A DNA stretch of 64,000 bases from positions 1 to 64,000 of the forward strand of contig KZ538240.1 in the NCBI GenBank assembly GCA_000934665.2, written 5' to 3'. Within the stretch, counting starts at the first letter, position 1. Each line of letters starts with the position of its first letter. The notes beneath the pieces are model-generated. The model did no database searches, had not been told where the DNA came from, and saw only the letters and a list, made by a program, of their open reading frames with translations. Below are positions 51,723-64,000 of the stretch, one piece after another. This stretch comes from Catajapyx aquilonaris (lineage: Eukaryota). The translations under genes were made by a program, and so were the position numbers.

Positions 51723-52472
51723 TGCGGATTTTTTTTTTTTTTTTTTTTTTTTGGGGGGGGGGGGGGGGGGAAGTGATCATGTAGTACGTGTGTTATCTAA
51801 CTGGAAAGGGGGCTACCTCTATACAGGCGGGGGGAGAAAATGTCACATTTGCACATTTTTTGATGGAGACTATTCACGCACTGTCACCTTTTTTTTGTGC
51901 TATAGGGAGATGGAAGTAATTCAATCACTACTAGGGGGAAATATTTGCGGAGGATTTCCCTTGTGCGAATATTTTTTTTTGTGCAGAATGGTGGGGGATG
52001 AAAGTGCGAAATGAATTGTGTCACCCTTGGGAGCGAAGGGTCCCCTTTTTTTGTTGGGGGGAGAGGGGGGGGGTGAAGATAATAGTGTGTGTTGACTCGT
52101 AGTGAAGGATATGATTCGAGCTGGAGCAATAAAAACTGAGAGGGGGGGAAGGTTAAACGAGAGCTTTGGGAGGAACGGATGACGTAACAGACGAACACAC
52201 ACAGGGTGTTCCGGGTGAATTGCCAGGATTGGCTATCGGTTTCTGGCATGCTGTTAATTTTTTATGACCCAGTTTTATTTCTAGGGAGAAGCTAATTGCA
52301 AAGGGGGGGGGGGAGTTTGGTGGGAGTGTATGACTTCAGAAAGTAAACGGAAGCATGAATGTAGCTGTTTCATGTATCCTGTCAGCTGTTAACGTTAGTT
52401 ATGGATGAAATTGCTCTGACAAGAAATTCGACTCTGTACGTAATGATTAGTAGCAAGAGCTGGATATTCCAC

Positions 52473-52563
52473 AGGACAAACCTGGACAGACAAACAAACA
52501 AACAAACAGACAAACAAACAAACAAACAAACAAACAAACAAACTTTGCGTTTTATATAGGATT
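52473..52563 (+). mobile_element. Helitron/Helentron-like (AAAC)n terminus
   Basis: cctggacagac(aaac)n tttgcgttttatataggatt. Confidence 0.5.
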
Positions 52564-52589
52564 GTTCATTTTTAAAATCAAATTATGGT

Positions 52590-53060
52590 ATGTCAAAGCC
52601 TATATATTTATTTATATTTTATGTTACGGAATACATTGTTTCGTTTAATTTATTTATATTTTGTTATGGAATATAATATTTTCTCTATTTATATTTTATG
52701 TTATGGAATATATTTGTTTAATTTATTTATATTTTATGTTATGGAATATATTTGTTTAATTTATTTATATTTTATGTTTTTGTATATTTATGAGTTTATA
52801 TTTTATTTTACGTAATTATTATTTATTTATACATCATATTATGTATACGTGTTTGTTTTATATATTATTTGTGTAGATAAATGTTTTTATATATTATGTG
52901 TGCATATAATGTTTTTATATATTATTTGCGTAGATAATGTTTTTATATATTATTTGTGTAGATAATGTTTTTATATATTATTTGTGTAGATAATGTTTTT
53001 ATATATTATTTGTGTAGATAATGTTTTTATATATTATTTTATGTGTATATTTATTGATAC
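52590..53060. repeat. T-rich array with a 28-bp core
   Basis: gataatgtttttatatattatttgtgta, about 4-5 copies. Confidence 0.85.
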
Positions 53061-54989
53061 CGTATTTTATTCACATTGTTAATATTTATCATATGGTATT
53101 CATTCATTTATTAGTTGGATTTCGTCCATTTACTTCTTTATTTTGTCTTTTTAGTTTTCGTTAAGTAACCGCTTAAAAACTGTTGTAAAATTCTCCGTCA
53201 AGAACGACTCTAGGTACAATGAACAATATAATTATTATCTTGCGATTTTTTGTACAGTAAATAAGTAATTGTACGTTAAACACATTGATCAGTAACACTA
53301 CTGGCTGCTAGTGACCTCAGCACTATTCTAAGGCTCAACACAGTTACAGTTCATTCTAAACAGCCCCGCGTACACCAATCGATATAACAAGCATTAACAT
53401 AAGTGAATAACTACCGCCAACAAATGACAAATAGTTTACATCAATAACGAACACGTACCTGAATTATAATAATGGCCAATTAACCCACCCTGGTTAGCGG
53501 TCTGATTTTTTGTTGTTGTTGAAGCAAGCTGGTGTTAACGTGACGTCACGTGAGCTTTTGGTCTGTTAACATAGTTTGCTTTGGCGGCTAAAAAGGGCCT
53601 CACACACTGCACAGCAAATGTGTGCCGAATGTGCAAAATCAGCGAGTATATGTATATAGTCCGAAAGCTTTGTCAACGAAACGGGGCGGAATATTCAAGC
53701 ACTGCACATTATAATTAATTTGGCAAAATAGCAGCAGGCATACAGTGAAACACACCAGCAGGCTTGTAAATATATGTGTGTTGCTTGTGCTGATGTTTTG
53801 CTTTCGCACAAGTGCTGTTTTCAGGATCTGAGTGGTATAGCCTGCAGTACAGTGTGTTGACCCACTGTGTATCTACAGTATCTGCAGAACCTCTAAAATG
53901 TGTTGTGCACCTAGCAGAAAATTGGTGCAGAAAAGCCATACAGATGACACTACCAGTATACTGATGACTAACTCCGGACAAACAGACTCGATATTAAAAA
54001 ATATTTTGTCAATACTTTCCATCATGGCTACTCCCCTTTTTGTCGACCCCTCACTTTTTTCCAACATCTTTGCCTTAGAAAGGGGGGCAAAAAAATACCC
54101 CCGTAACTTTCGCCATCTTTGCCAGCTGTGCAGAGGCCGCCATGTGCCAAATGGGAAAGTTCATTTCTCCTCTGCCACCACCCTAGCAAAAGTCTTCCTC
54201 GATACAAAAGCATGCCTTGACATAAGGCCAAAAAAAAAGTCTTCCATATTACGCTGGACATTTAACCCCCTCAAAAAATATATTTTAAAGTTAACATTAC
54301 ATTCTGAGCACATAGACGCCATTTTTGATCCAAAGAGAGAAGAATCTTCAATATATTAAAGGTTGGTTGGATTTATATGGCGTCCAAGTAGCGTGCTAGG
54401 AATAGACCCTTGTAATTTCCAGAATTACAAGTCGAGACTCGAAAAAGGGGGCCGCAGGAGTTTTACTACATTGTTGTATATTTTAAAACCCGGACTGGAG
54501 GTTTTTATGATTGGGTGGCGCGCACCTATCAGAGGAGGTGCTTTACGGGCAATAAATCCGGATCAGTAAACGCGGAGGTGCACTGTAACAATATTGTAAC
54601 TGCGGAGGAGAATATTTTCCTGGAGGATCCGGAAAAGGTAACACAAATGAAGAAATATGACTTGAGGGAAGGGGAGGGGGGAGGGGGATCTTCCTTTATA
54701 TTGTTAGCTCCGGCACATGTTATTGGTTTCATGGCCCTCTCTGTTCTCTCTGCGAAAACTCCTGGCCCAATCTTGTGGGGGCCTGGGAAGGGGAGAGTCG
54801 GCCCCAAAATTTATTGGGTGGACAGGCCCAGATGAAGGTGGATGTCCACGTAGTACCATGTCCCTCACATAGATTGCGCATCTATGGGAGGGACATGGTA
54901 CTATGTGGTTATTATGCCAAGTTTTGGCAAAGGGTTCACTTTCGTAAAATGATAAGTGGGGAATTTTTACTCTGCTGTATGTAATCCTG

Positions 54990-55870
54990 TATTTTTAATT
55001 ATTATTCATGTAATATTAGTTACCGTATAATTATATTATTGTTATTAATTATATATCTTATTTATCAGTCATATTATTTTATTTATCAGATATATTTTTA
55101 TGTATTAGGTAACATATGATTTCATTAGTTATATTACTGGTATTTTATTACCATTTCATTGGCTATATTGTATTTTGTATGTTATTTATAAATTGGATTA
55201 TTTTATTAATTAGATTTTATATTATATATTAATTTTATTACATGTAGTATTTTATTTATTAGTTATATATTATATTTATTACATGTACGATAACTTAATA
55301 TTTTATTTATTATACTTTATATTATTTTATTTATTATACTTTATATTATTTTACTTATTATACTTTATATTATTTTATTTATTATACTTTATTTTATTTT
55401 ATTTATTATACTTTATATTATTTATATTGTATTATTTATATAATTTGTTTCATTTCATTTATTAGACTTTATATTATTTATATTATATTGTTTAATTTTT
55501 GTAATATTTTTATTTTTAGATATATTACTTTATTAGCGATATTATTTTACTTATTTTATTTTATCACCCGTTTATTTGTTATATTTTATTTGGTATATTA
55601 TTATTTATTGATTATACAATTTTTATGTCTCTGATATTTCATTTGCTTTGCTGTTTTATTATCTACACTATTTTATTAGCTATCCAGTATATCATTTAAT
55701 AAACTATATTATAGAATTATTATTAGTTGAGTATTTTATTTATTAGTTACTTTATGGTGTTTTATTAGTTCGTCTGTGTTGTTTTTTATAAGTTGTTAAT
55801 TTATTGAGACATTATTTAATTTGTTGTTTATTAGTTTTATTAGTTATTTGCGCATTATTTATTTGCTTAT
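54990..55870. repeat. T-rich low-complexity block with a 24-bp core
   Basis: ttattatactttatattattttat units at ~55300-55420. Confidence 0.8.
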
Positions 55871-56426
55871 AACATGGATGACTTTTAAGGGGACAAGCAG
55901 GTCTGCAAAACTATTCCCGATAAAATTCAATGCTTAAGTAATATGTCGAAACATAGTCCTAATTATAAAGCCTCCCTCCCCCCCCCCCCNCCCCCCATTA
56001 TTTCCGGGCCAAGTGACCAACTCTGCACACACACCTCAACACACTTGACTTTTGGGCGGCCGACCCCGATATATTTGGGTGGCCGCATGACCTTTTGGAG
56101 CCGAGCTGGCTTGGGCATGATGGTCATTTCCATAATATCGGTGCCGTCTTAATTATATTTCCGCAGGGCCAATCAGTGAAGCAAGCAAATCAATTAGGTC
56201 CGCTTTCCACACGCTACTGTCCCGTATGATGTCAATTTGCATACGTTTCGGCCACAATGATTTCAGCACACGTTAATTTGCACTGACGAAACCTGCTGGG
56301 AGGAGCATCCCCCCCTCACCTGTCATGGTCTGCCAAAATGTAGATATAGCCACAGCAGCTATTCACTCACTGCTACAAAAATATTGCCACATTGCAGACA
56401 AAATTAGTAGAATTGAGGCTGTGATT

Positions 56427-56547
56427 CTGTCCAGGGTGAGTCATCAATAGTGTTATCTGTATGGCTTTTGAGTGACCGCACCAATACTATCGCACGACCC
56501 TGAGAGTAGCAGTAAAGCGCCATCTATCCGAGAGATGTGGTACTACG
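56427..56547 (+). repeat. Most complete copy of a modular dispersed repeat family
   Basis: Modules tgtccagggtgagtcatca, atctgtatggcttttg(a/g)gtgaccgcacca, cgcacgaccctgagagt(a/g)gcag and gcgccatctat...gtactacg recur at 758-866, 3974-4098, 14559-14762 (-), 17150-17226, 34761-34800, 37039-37070 (-), 53921-53985 (-) and 57100-57161. Confidence 0.75.
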
Positions 56548-58467
56548 AGTCTAAAATTTTCCTGGCGTTGCATCTGGACCTGCTCAATTTCAAGGGAGCT
56601 CCCAACTTTTTTCCTTCTTCAGGCCGATAAAGCCCCAGCGTATGGTCGAAAGCCGGAGATTTGCTTCTGGCTAGCAAATGTTGCGGAGGGTCTTTTGCTG
56701 GCCATTCCCTCCAAGGAACCCCCCCCCCCCCTTTTTCCTTCCTCTCCCTGAGGATGTCCTTTGTGTCCTTTCCAAGGGGAAAAAATCATCTAAAGGAGTG
56801 AAGAGGGGGGAGAGGGGGACACAACAAGAAGTTGTCGTTTCTCAGGCAAACTGCGGAATTGCCTGATGTCCCCAAGAAAACGGGAAATCGCCACCGACCA
56901 TGTCAACTCTCCTACCCACAAGAGTTCAAAAACATGCGCTCAGGACATGTCATTTTACCGACCAATACTGTGCGACACTGAGTCAAATATCTGCCTTGAC
57001 AATCCAACAAAACTTGGACAAACAAACAAACCTAATAGGCTTATTCTTTCCGTCTGCTGTTACCGCACTGATAGTAGCATTCTCTCTCGTATGAACTGAA
57101 AATGGCAGGAGTGTGCAGAGGGAGTATGCGCCATCTATACATAAAAAATAGTACTATGTGGTAAATCGGCGGGCAGTCTCATTAAAGTTGTTTAATTGCC
57201 ACTGTAATACCGATTATAGGTTTTGCCAAATTTTGGCAACCTGTTCAGAAGTATATATAGAAAGGTCTGTTTAGCAGTATGAAACAACTTAGCGGATAAT
57301 TAGTCATAAAAGCATATTTAAACCCCAAATCCCTTCAAGGCTTGCAAGTAAACCATTATACATACTGTACAGAGTATTTAATTTCCGTTCTGTCTACTGT
57401 CGAACACTTACAAAGTTTGAACTTGGCTAGAGTCCTCGGGTCATGTAATACGATATTGGTTGTTGACTTTTCGACCTCCCCGCCTCTCAAAATTTTCATA
57501 ATTTGCTAAAATGCGTATTTCCTCAAAGTTGTGCAGAATTAGAACTCTCGAAATGCAAGAAGATACTGTACATTGCCGCCGGATCCCCTCATTGGAGGAG
57601 GCCACTTTTCACCTTAGTTTGCATTGAAATATGCGAAATTTGTTTGCCAAACTTTGTACCCATCGTTTCCTTGCTGTATTACTTAGTTAGAAATATTAAA
57701 ATAAATTTTATTATACATATATTCAGCATTTATAAGCGAACACCAGAGTCGCGGTCCTGGACTTTTCGCCGCCGGCGTATTCGCCCCCGTGACAATTTCT
57801 CCCACGCCGCATCGCCAAGACAAAGGGCAACTCCATTCCTCAGTATGTCGTGGTGGGCAAAGCAAAGCCACAATAACGTTCGTTGGCCTGCGGCGCCACA
57901 AGACGGACAGTAAATGTTGCGGATACAAAAACCCACAATAAGCGCCCAGCTCTATACTGTCAAAATAAATCAAGTAAATTCTTAATATTTAATAGTGTGA
58001 AATAAATTATTATAAGTAAATAACAAATAACATAATACATTGAATAAGAAGAAAGTGTCAGATAAAGTATAATACCGTACAGTACATAATATAATGAGCA
58101 ACATAATGAATGAATTGGTAAATGAAGAGACTGACAATGAACATTTTTCATTTGTATTTTGGTTATTTTAAAATTATTTATTTTTGATAGTGTGCTGATA
58201 GTATAGGAGATGTCCGAAACATTTTTTGGAGCTTACATTTTCAAGAACAATATTCAGACCAATATCGTCCAGCAAATCAATCCTATACCAACTGATCATA
58301 TTCCCATGCAATCTCTCTCTCATTTCCAATCAAACCGGATTGGTCCCATGTCCATCCATCCATCCATCCAAAAATCCTTCCCAGAATATGAAAACAGATT
58401 GCGGCATGTCCGGATTACTTATCCTAGGGGGAATCCGATGACGTAATTTTCTGAAGGGGGGGGGGGG

Positions 58468-58543
58468 NNNNNNNNNNNNNNNNNNNNNNNNNNNNNNNNN
58501 NNNNNNNNNNNNNNNNNNNNNNNNNNNNNNNNNNNNNNNNNNN
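58468..58543. other. Assembly gap (N run)
   Basis: Ns flanked by poly-G on both sides. Confidence 0.99.
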
Positions 58544-59058
58544 GGGGGGGGGGGGTCCGGATCCGGGAAGTATGAATCCGGAGGGGTGGGGCCTTGAGAG
58601 AAGAGTTTTGGAACACACCTCCGGTGCGGCAGCAAGGCAAAGCTCGCCGCGTTTGCAACTTTTATGAAGCCTAAGAGCAAGTCTGAGTGGAGGGGAAGCC
58701 CTGGTGTTAGGCTAAGCGGATCTCTCTCTTGGATTCTGCACGGAGTCTGCTCCACTCTCTGACACCCGACAGGCAAGAAAACTACTTCTCAAAGCCTACC
58801 CCCCTAGCCCCAGACTGAATCCTGACAATGAATGCCAGAAGCTTCCACCAGATTAGTCACTTTTTTTTGGAAAGGAAATGTTGAATATGGCTGAAAAATG
58901 CGCTTCATTATTGCATATAGCCAAAACGCCCTTTAAATCACTGATAAATAACATGTAACGTTATAAATAGCGGTTATTTTCTGCAAGCTGCTACTGAAAT
59001 CGCTATTGGAGCAGTGACACTATATTAGAAATGGAAAATGGCCTCCTCTGATCCAGAT

Positions 59059-59102
59059 GTTAGGTTAGGCTAGGTTAGGTTAGGTTAGGTTAGGTTAGGG
59101 TT
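59059..59102. repeat. (TTAGG)n tract
   Basis: Seen directly. Confidence 0.9.
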
Positions 59103-60217
59103 AATATGATTCTCCATGCAATTGCCTGCTAGGTAAGTATCCTACTGTAAAATGTTATGGTGCACAGAAAAATTGGGCACATTCAAAACAATTGTCCCAC
59201 TCTGTACAATTAGGCTTAATGAATAGTGTGGGTTAATTTGGGTTACGACCCAGTTTTTGGCTGGTGCGAAAGAGGGTTTTAGAAGAAAGAGCTGGGGGGT
59301 AGAAGGGAAGTGCTTTAAAAGCTTGCGGGCAACCGCCTCCTTCCAAAGTTGTGTCGAGTCGAAAACGTTACATTCAATACATAATGACACTAGGGGGGGC
59401 TTTTCGAGGGTGAAGTCCTCACCGCAATTCTCTTGCGAACGAACGAACAGAGAGGATAGAGTGCAGTGAGTCGAGAGGGACAAACTGCATTTTGAACATT
59501 ACTTTACTTATGTCGAAGTCAATTGTAAATCTTATTGGTCTGAATAAGCCTACACTAACAAACAATAAAAACAAATTTTGCAGGCAAAATTTGTTTTTTA
59601 TTGTGTATTTTTCTACATATATGTAGATAATGATTGATGATTGAACAGATATATGTGGTCTGTTCCGTTCCCTGACTTCACAGACAAAATTCCTTCCATT
59701 GTCGAATCACGTGTTGCGCATTTGGCGGACGGGGATAAATGACAGGCCGTTTAGTGGGCTACAACAATCCTGGTAACAATCCTTCAGGGCCTGTGTCACT
59801 CGGCCAGAAATCTTCTCCCCCCCCCCTCCTCCCCGTTCATTCCCTCCTCCTCCATCCCCCCTCTCTTTTCCAAGCAGACGAAATGAGAAGCCCCTTGCAA
59901 AGTAATTGAGGCTGGGTGGAAAAGGGAATCTTAATTGTACAGGGAACCCAGGCGATTTATTGGGCAAAAAGAATGCCTTTCTCCACGATGGAGACATCCA
60001 CAGGATAAAAGCGGGGAGGTGGGGGAAGGAGAAGAAGCTTTGGAGAAATGAATGCCTTGGACACATCTGCCTAATGGAGCAGGGGATAACGAGGGTTTTT
60101 GCAAGCGAGGCTGCTTATCTCTGGGCTCGTGATTTGCAACTAATAGCAACAGACATCTTAGTCTAAAGAGGGTTCCTTTACGCCTACCGGATATACCGTC
60201 CGCACTACAAGAGTGGT

Positions 60218-60747
60218 TGTTAGGTCAGGTTATGTTAGGTTCTGTTTGTTCAGGTTTTGTTAGGTTAGATTTTGTTCCGTAATGTCATGGTCTGTTAGAT
60301 CAGGTTAGGTTAGGTGCTTTTGGTTATGTTCAGTTATGTCATGCTAGGTTAGGTTCTGTAAGGTCATATCAGGCTAAATTAGGTTAGATCAGGACTGGTC
60401 AGGTCATGTTATGGTCTGTTAGGTCAGGTCGAGTTAGTAGGGTAATGTTAGTTCACGTTATGTTAAAGTTTGTTAGGTCATGTCATGGGCTGTTAGGTCA
60501 TGTCAGGTCACGTCGTGGGCTGTTAGGTCATGTCAGGTCATATCGTGATCAGTTAGATCAGGTTAGGTTAGGTTAGGTTAGGTCATGCCATGTTAGGTTA
60601 CGTTTTGTTTGGTCATGTCAGGTCATGTCGTGATCTGTTAGATCAGGTTAGGTTAGGTTAGGTTAGGTCATGCCATGTTAGGTTCAGTAAGGTCATATCA
60701 GGTCATGTTATGGTCTGTTGTTAGGTCAGATCAGGTTAGGTTTGGTT
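60218..60747. repeat. Degenerate TTAGG/TCAGG/TCATG pentamer satellite
   Basis: Mixed gttag/gtcag/gtcat pentamers with an ~80-bp higher-order duplication. Confidence 0.8.
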
Positions 60748-61699
60748 ACTATGAAACAAACATTTACAGGGCATTAAGCCAATAGACAACCTATTGTTGG
60801 ATCCACTTTTTGCATTTATTACAACAGTAGTTACAATGAATTGCAGGGTTGCCATTTTTGACTGGCCCTTATTCTATTCAACTGCTAACAATATCCTTTG
60901 TGTTTCGAACCCTGCGCGTTGGTAGTTCCGGCCCGGGTATATTGTATTACGCACAGAGCCAATGTGGTGTGAATATATCACGCGCCTCTGGGACCAGGGA
61001 TGGGGAAACCACACTGGCTATATCTGACCCTGCTAACTATAAAGGATGGTGTAGGGGGGTTGGAACTAAGTCTCATTTCTATGAAACCGGGGAGGGGAGA
61101 GTTACCACGTATAATTCAAGCCCGGTTTTGTTCCCCCCCTCCTCATTTCCTCATCAAATTTTGCGTTTCCCTAGCTCAGGCTGCATTATAAATCGGTTCA
61201 ATTTTGACGCCTGACGACACGATTAAAAATAAATAGAGGCAAGCTCACGCACAATTTTCTCCGCATAATTGCGTGTGGTGGCTTCCAGGCTTTGCTTCGT
61301 TCTCTATTTTCCTCTCCTAGCTCTAGGCCGGCCCCCTTTTTCTCCATTCTCGGGGGTCCCTCCGAGGTCTGCTGCAATCCTAACCTGGAAGTTAATGCGC
61401 CACAAAAATTTATCGCGGGTCATTCCGGGCTCAAATTGCCATTGTGCCCAGGCTGCGGGGTCTTTTGGTGGCCAAACAAGAGGTCAGTGGAAAAATGCCA
61501 TCCTGCTACTTTCTCTGGGGCTGGATTCGGAAAAAAGGGGGGGGAGAAGAAGAGAAGACTTGGAAGGCTGGACACTAAATTTGGACGCGACCACAGGTGG
61601 CGGCCATGTTGGATTAGTTTTTGGACCTTCCGTTAGGAGCGCATGAGTGGAAATAATTTTTTTGAGAATTTATGAGAAAATTAAAAAATAATCGAAAAA

Positions 61700-62560
61700 T
61701 ATATTTTAACATTTAATTTTTTTAAAAATAGAGCTGGAAAAATTAGGCATAATGCTGAAAAAGACAAATTGATAACAAATATATTAGCAATAAAATAAAT
61801 TTAGAATGAAGACAGAGTAGTAATATACGGTATGTAGAAGAATTATAATATTATTGATTATAATATAATAATTATTTTTATATTTATATTATTAATATTG
61901 TTGTGGTGTAATATTATGTTTTAATATAATAATGCATATATTAATATTACAATATAATATCATAATGCATATATTAATATTACAATATAATATCATAATG
62001 CATATATTAATATTACAATATAATATCATAATGCATATATTAATATTACAATATAATATCATAATGCATATATTAATATTACAATATAATATCATAATAA
62101 TTACAACATAAAATCATAATAATTATAATATAATTAGATTATAATGATTGGTATAATTTATTTTATTATTATATATTATTATAATTTATTATATTATTAT
62201 AATTTATTATATTATTATAATTTATTATATTATTGTATTTATTGCAGTAATTTAATTACAATAAAATTATTATAAATAATAATGATAATTACGGTATAAA
62301 ATAATAATGATAATAAAATAATTAAATTATAATAATTACCGGTATACGATAATTAATTATAATAATTACGATAACATCTAAATATGAAAAATAAAAATAC
62401 TATTATTCCTAAATATGTATTAAAATTACCAGAAATTTTAGTATTTTAAATACATTAAAATGAAATTACGACTGCAATTTAAAAAATAAATTTTAAACAG
62501 TCAAATGAAATGTGTCAGGAAATATAACTCTTAAAAATTAAACATTTACAAATTCGTTAC
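61700..62560. repeat. AT-rich block with a 33-bp core (about 5 copies)
   Basis: ataatgcatatattaatattacaatataatatc at ~61929-62097. Confidence 0.85.
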
Positions 62561-64000
62561 AAAAAATAATACACAGGAAAATAAGTAACTGATATCATTT
62601 TTACCATGTAATATTATGGGAATGTGACCTTTTAACCAATAAGACTGACTCCACCCCAGGCACTGTTGCCATCTCTACCTTAACCATACAAGGTTGCCAT
62701 TTCAAAAAAATCTCCAAACAATCGATTTGGCTTCCCCCTATGTCCATCTTCTGATGGGGGGGGGGGGGGGAACCTGGCCATTAATTACGTCACCAGTCCA
62801 TAGAGATAACTAGAGGAGCCCAGCTCATTACCAAATGAGGCCCCATCATATCAAAAAATAGCTCCACCCCACTAAAGAAAGCTAGTATCCGCCAGCTAAT
62901 AACTGGAGACGGATGAAGTCAGCCCAATTGGTTGCTCTCATCCTGTAGCAATAAAACTAGGGGGGCGCCAACTGATACACCCATCGCACAATTATTGCCC
63001 CTCCACCCCCCACCTCCCCCAACTGTCAGAAGGCGCAGACGCCTCATAAATTACTTGACCTTGTTATTTGTTCCTTTCCCCTCCTCCATGTTGCTTCTAC
63101 TACTTCCACAGGGTGTGTCAACATGATTCCATATATCCAGTGAGCAGGCTGGAAGCTATTAAATGGGCATCAAATGGGTATGAAATATACTCGTAGATTC
63201 ATCAGTTTGATTTTGTGATTTTTTTATCTGGATAACTAATGAGCATAAACCAAATGCGATCGCTACATAAACGGACTGTCTGGTGACCCCCAAGTTGGCT
63301 CTCTCAGTATGGTGTACCTGGATATGAAACACCCTGTGTTTGGGCCCCTCCCAACGTGTTGGGTCCAGCTCTGCTTGGTCTCTTCGGGGGATTCGGAGAT
63401 GATTCACGCCCAAAGTGATTGGAATCCGCCAGGGAAATGGATGGGGGAGGGAGGGTCACAGGGTGGAACGTGCTTTCTTCTAGAATGGCTGGGGACATAT
63501 GTAAGACTGGTGGAGGGCAGGACGGGGGGGAATAGGGAAGGGGGGGGGGGAAAGAGAAATAGGCTTCCTGATGGAGAAAGAGGGAAGGTCAATTTGGAGG
63601 GGTGGGGAAAGAAAAAGAAATGCGTTTCGAGATAGCTTTTTTTTCTCCAAGGTGTGTTGCTAAAAGGCCTAGAAATTTTTTTGGGACAATATGGGACTGG
63701 ATATGGGCTAATATGTTATCGTAATAGCTGTCAGGGCCAGCACAAAAAATATAATAAATATGAAATAAATATGAGCTCAAATGAGCCTTTTAATTTGGAA
63801 GTTAGTTGCATTATAACAGCTATTTTTGGCAATACAATAATACCAGTTATTTTGGTACAGGAAAATCGTAGCTACTTTTGTTTGTAGAATAATATCAGTT
63901 ACTTTTGTTTGTAGAATAATATCAGTTACTTTTGTGACAAATAATATCAGTTACCGGGTACCATACTTTTGTGACAAATAATATCAGCTACCGTTACTTT

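Overview
Eukaryotic (animal) genomic DNA. Interstitial (TTAGG/CCTAA)n tracts suggest an arthropod-type genome, but this is inference only. One protein-coding gene is well supported: a multi-exon, plus-strand kinesin-14 of the KCBP/kinesin-C type (kinesin-like calmodulin-binding protein). Twelve phase-consistent GT-AG exons run from 3421 to 25437 and give at least 823 aa: an N-terminal coiled coil, a C-terminal motor, then a neck mimic, a basic calmodulin-binding-type helix and an acidic tail. The 5' end is unresolved. The rest is non-coding. It includes a degenerate mariner element rearranged into a foldback with ~215-bp arms inside a (TAC)n tract, several TA-flanked MITEs, a Helitron/Helentron-like (AAAC)n family and a modular dispersed repeat. 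There are three assembly gaps. Low-complexity/satellite blocks alternate with more complex G/C-run-rich blocks about every 2 kb. No rRNA, confident tRNA or CRISPR array was found, and most ORF-track entries are spurious.
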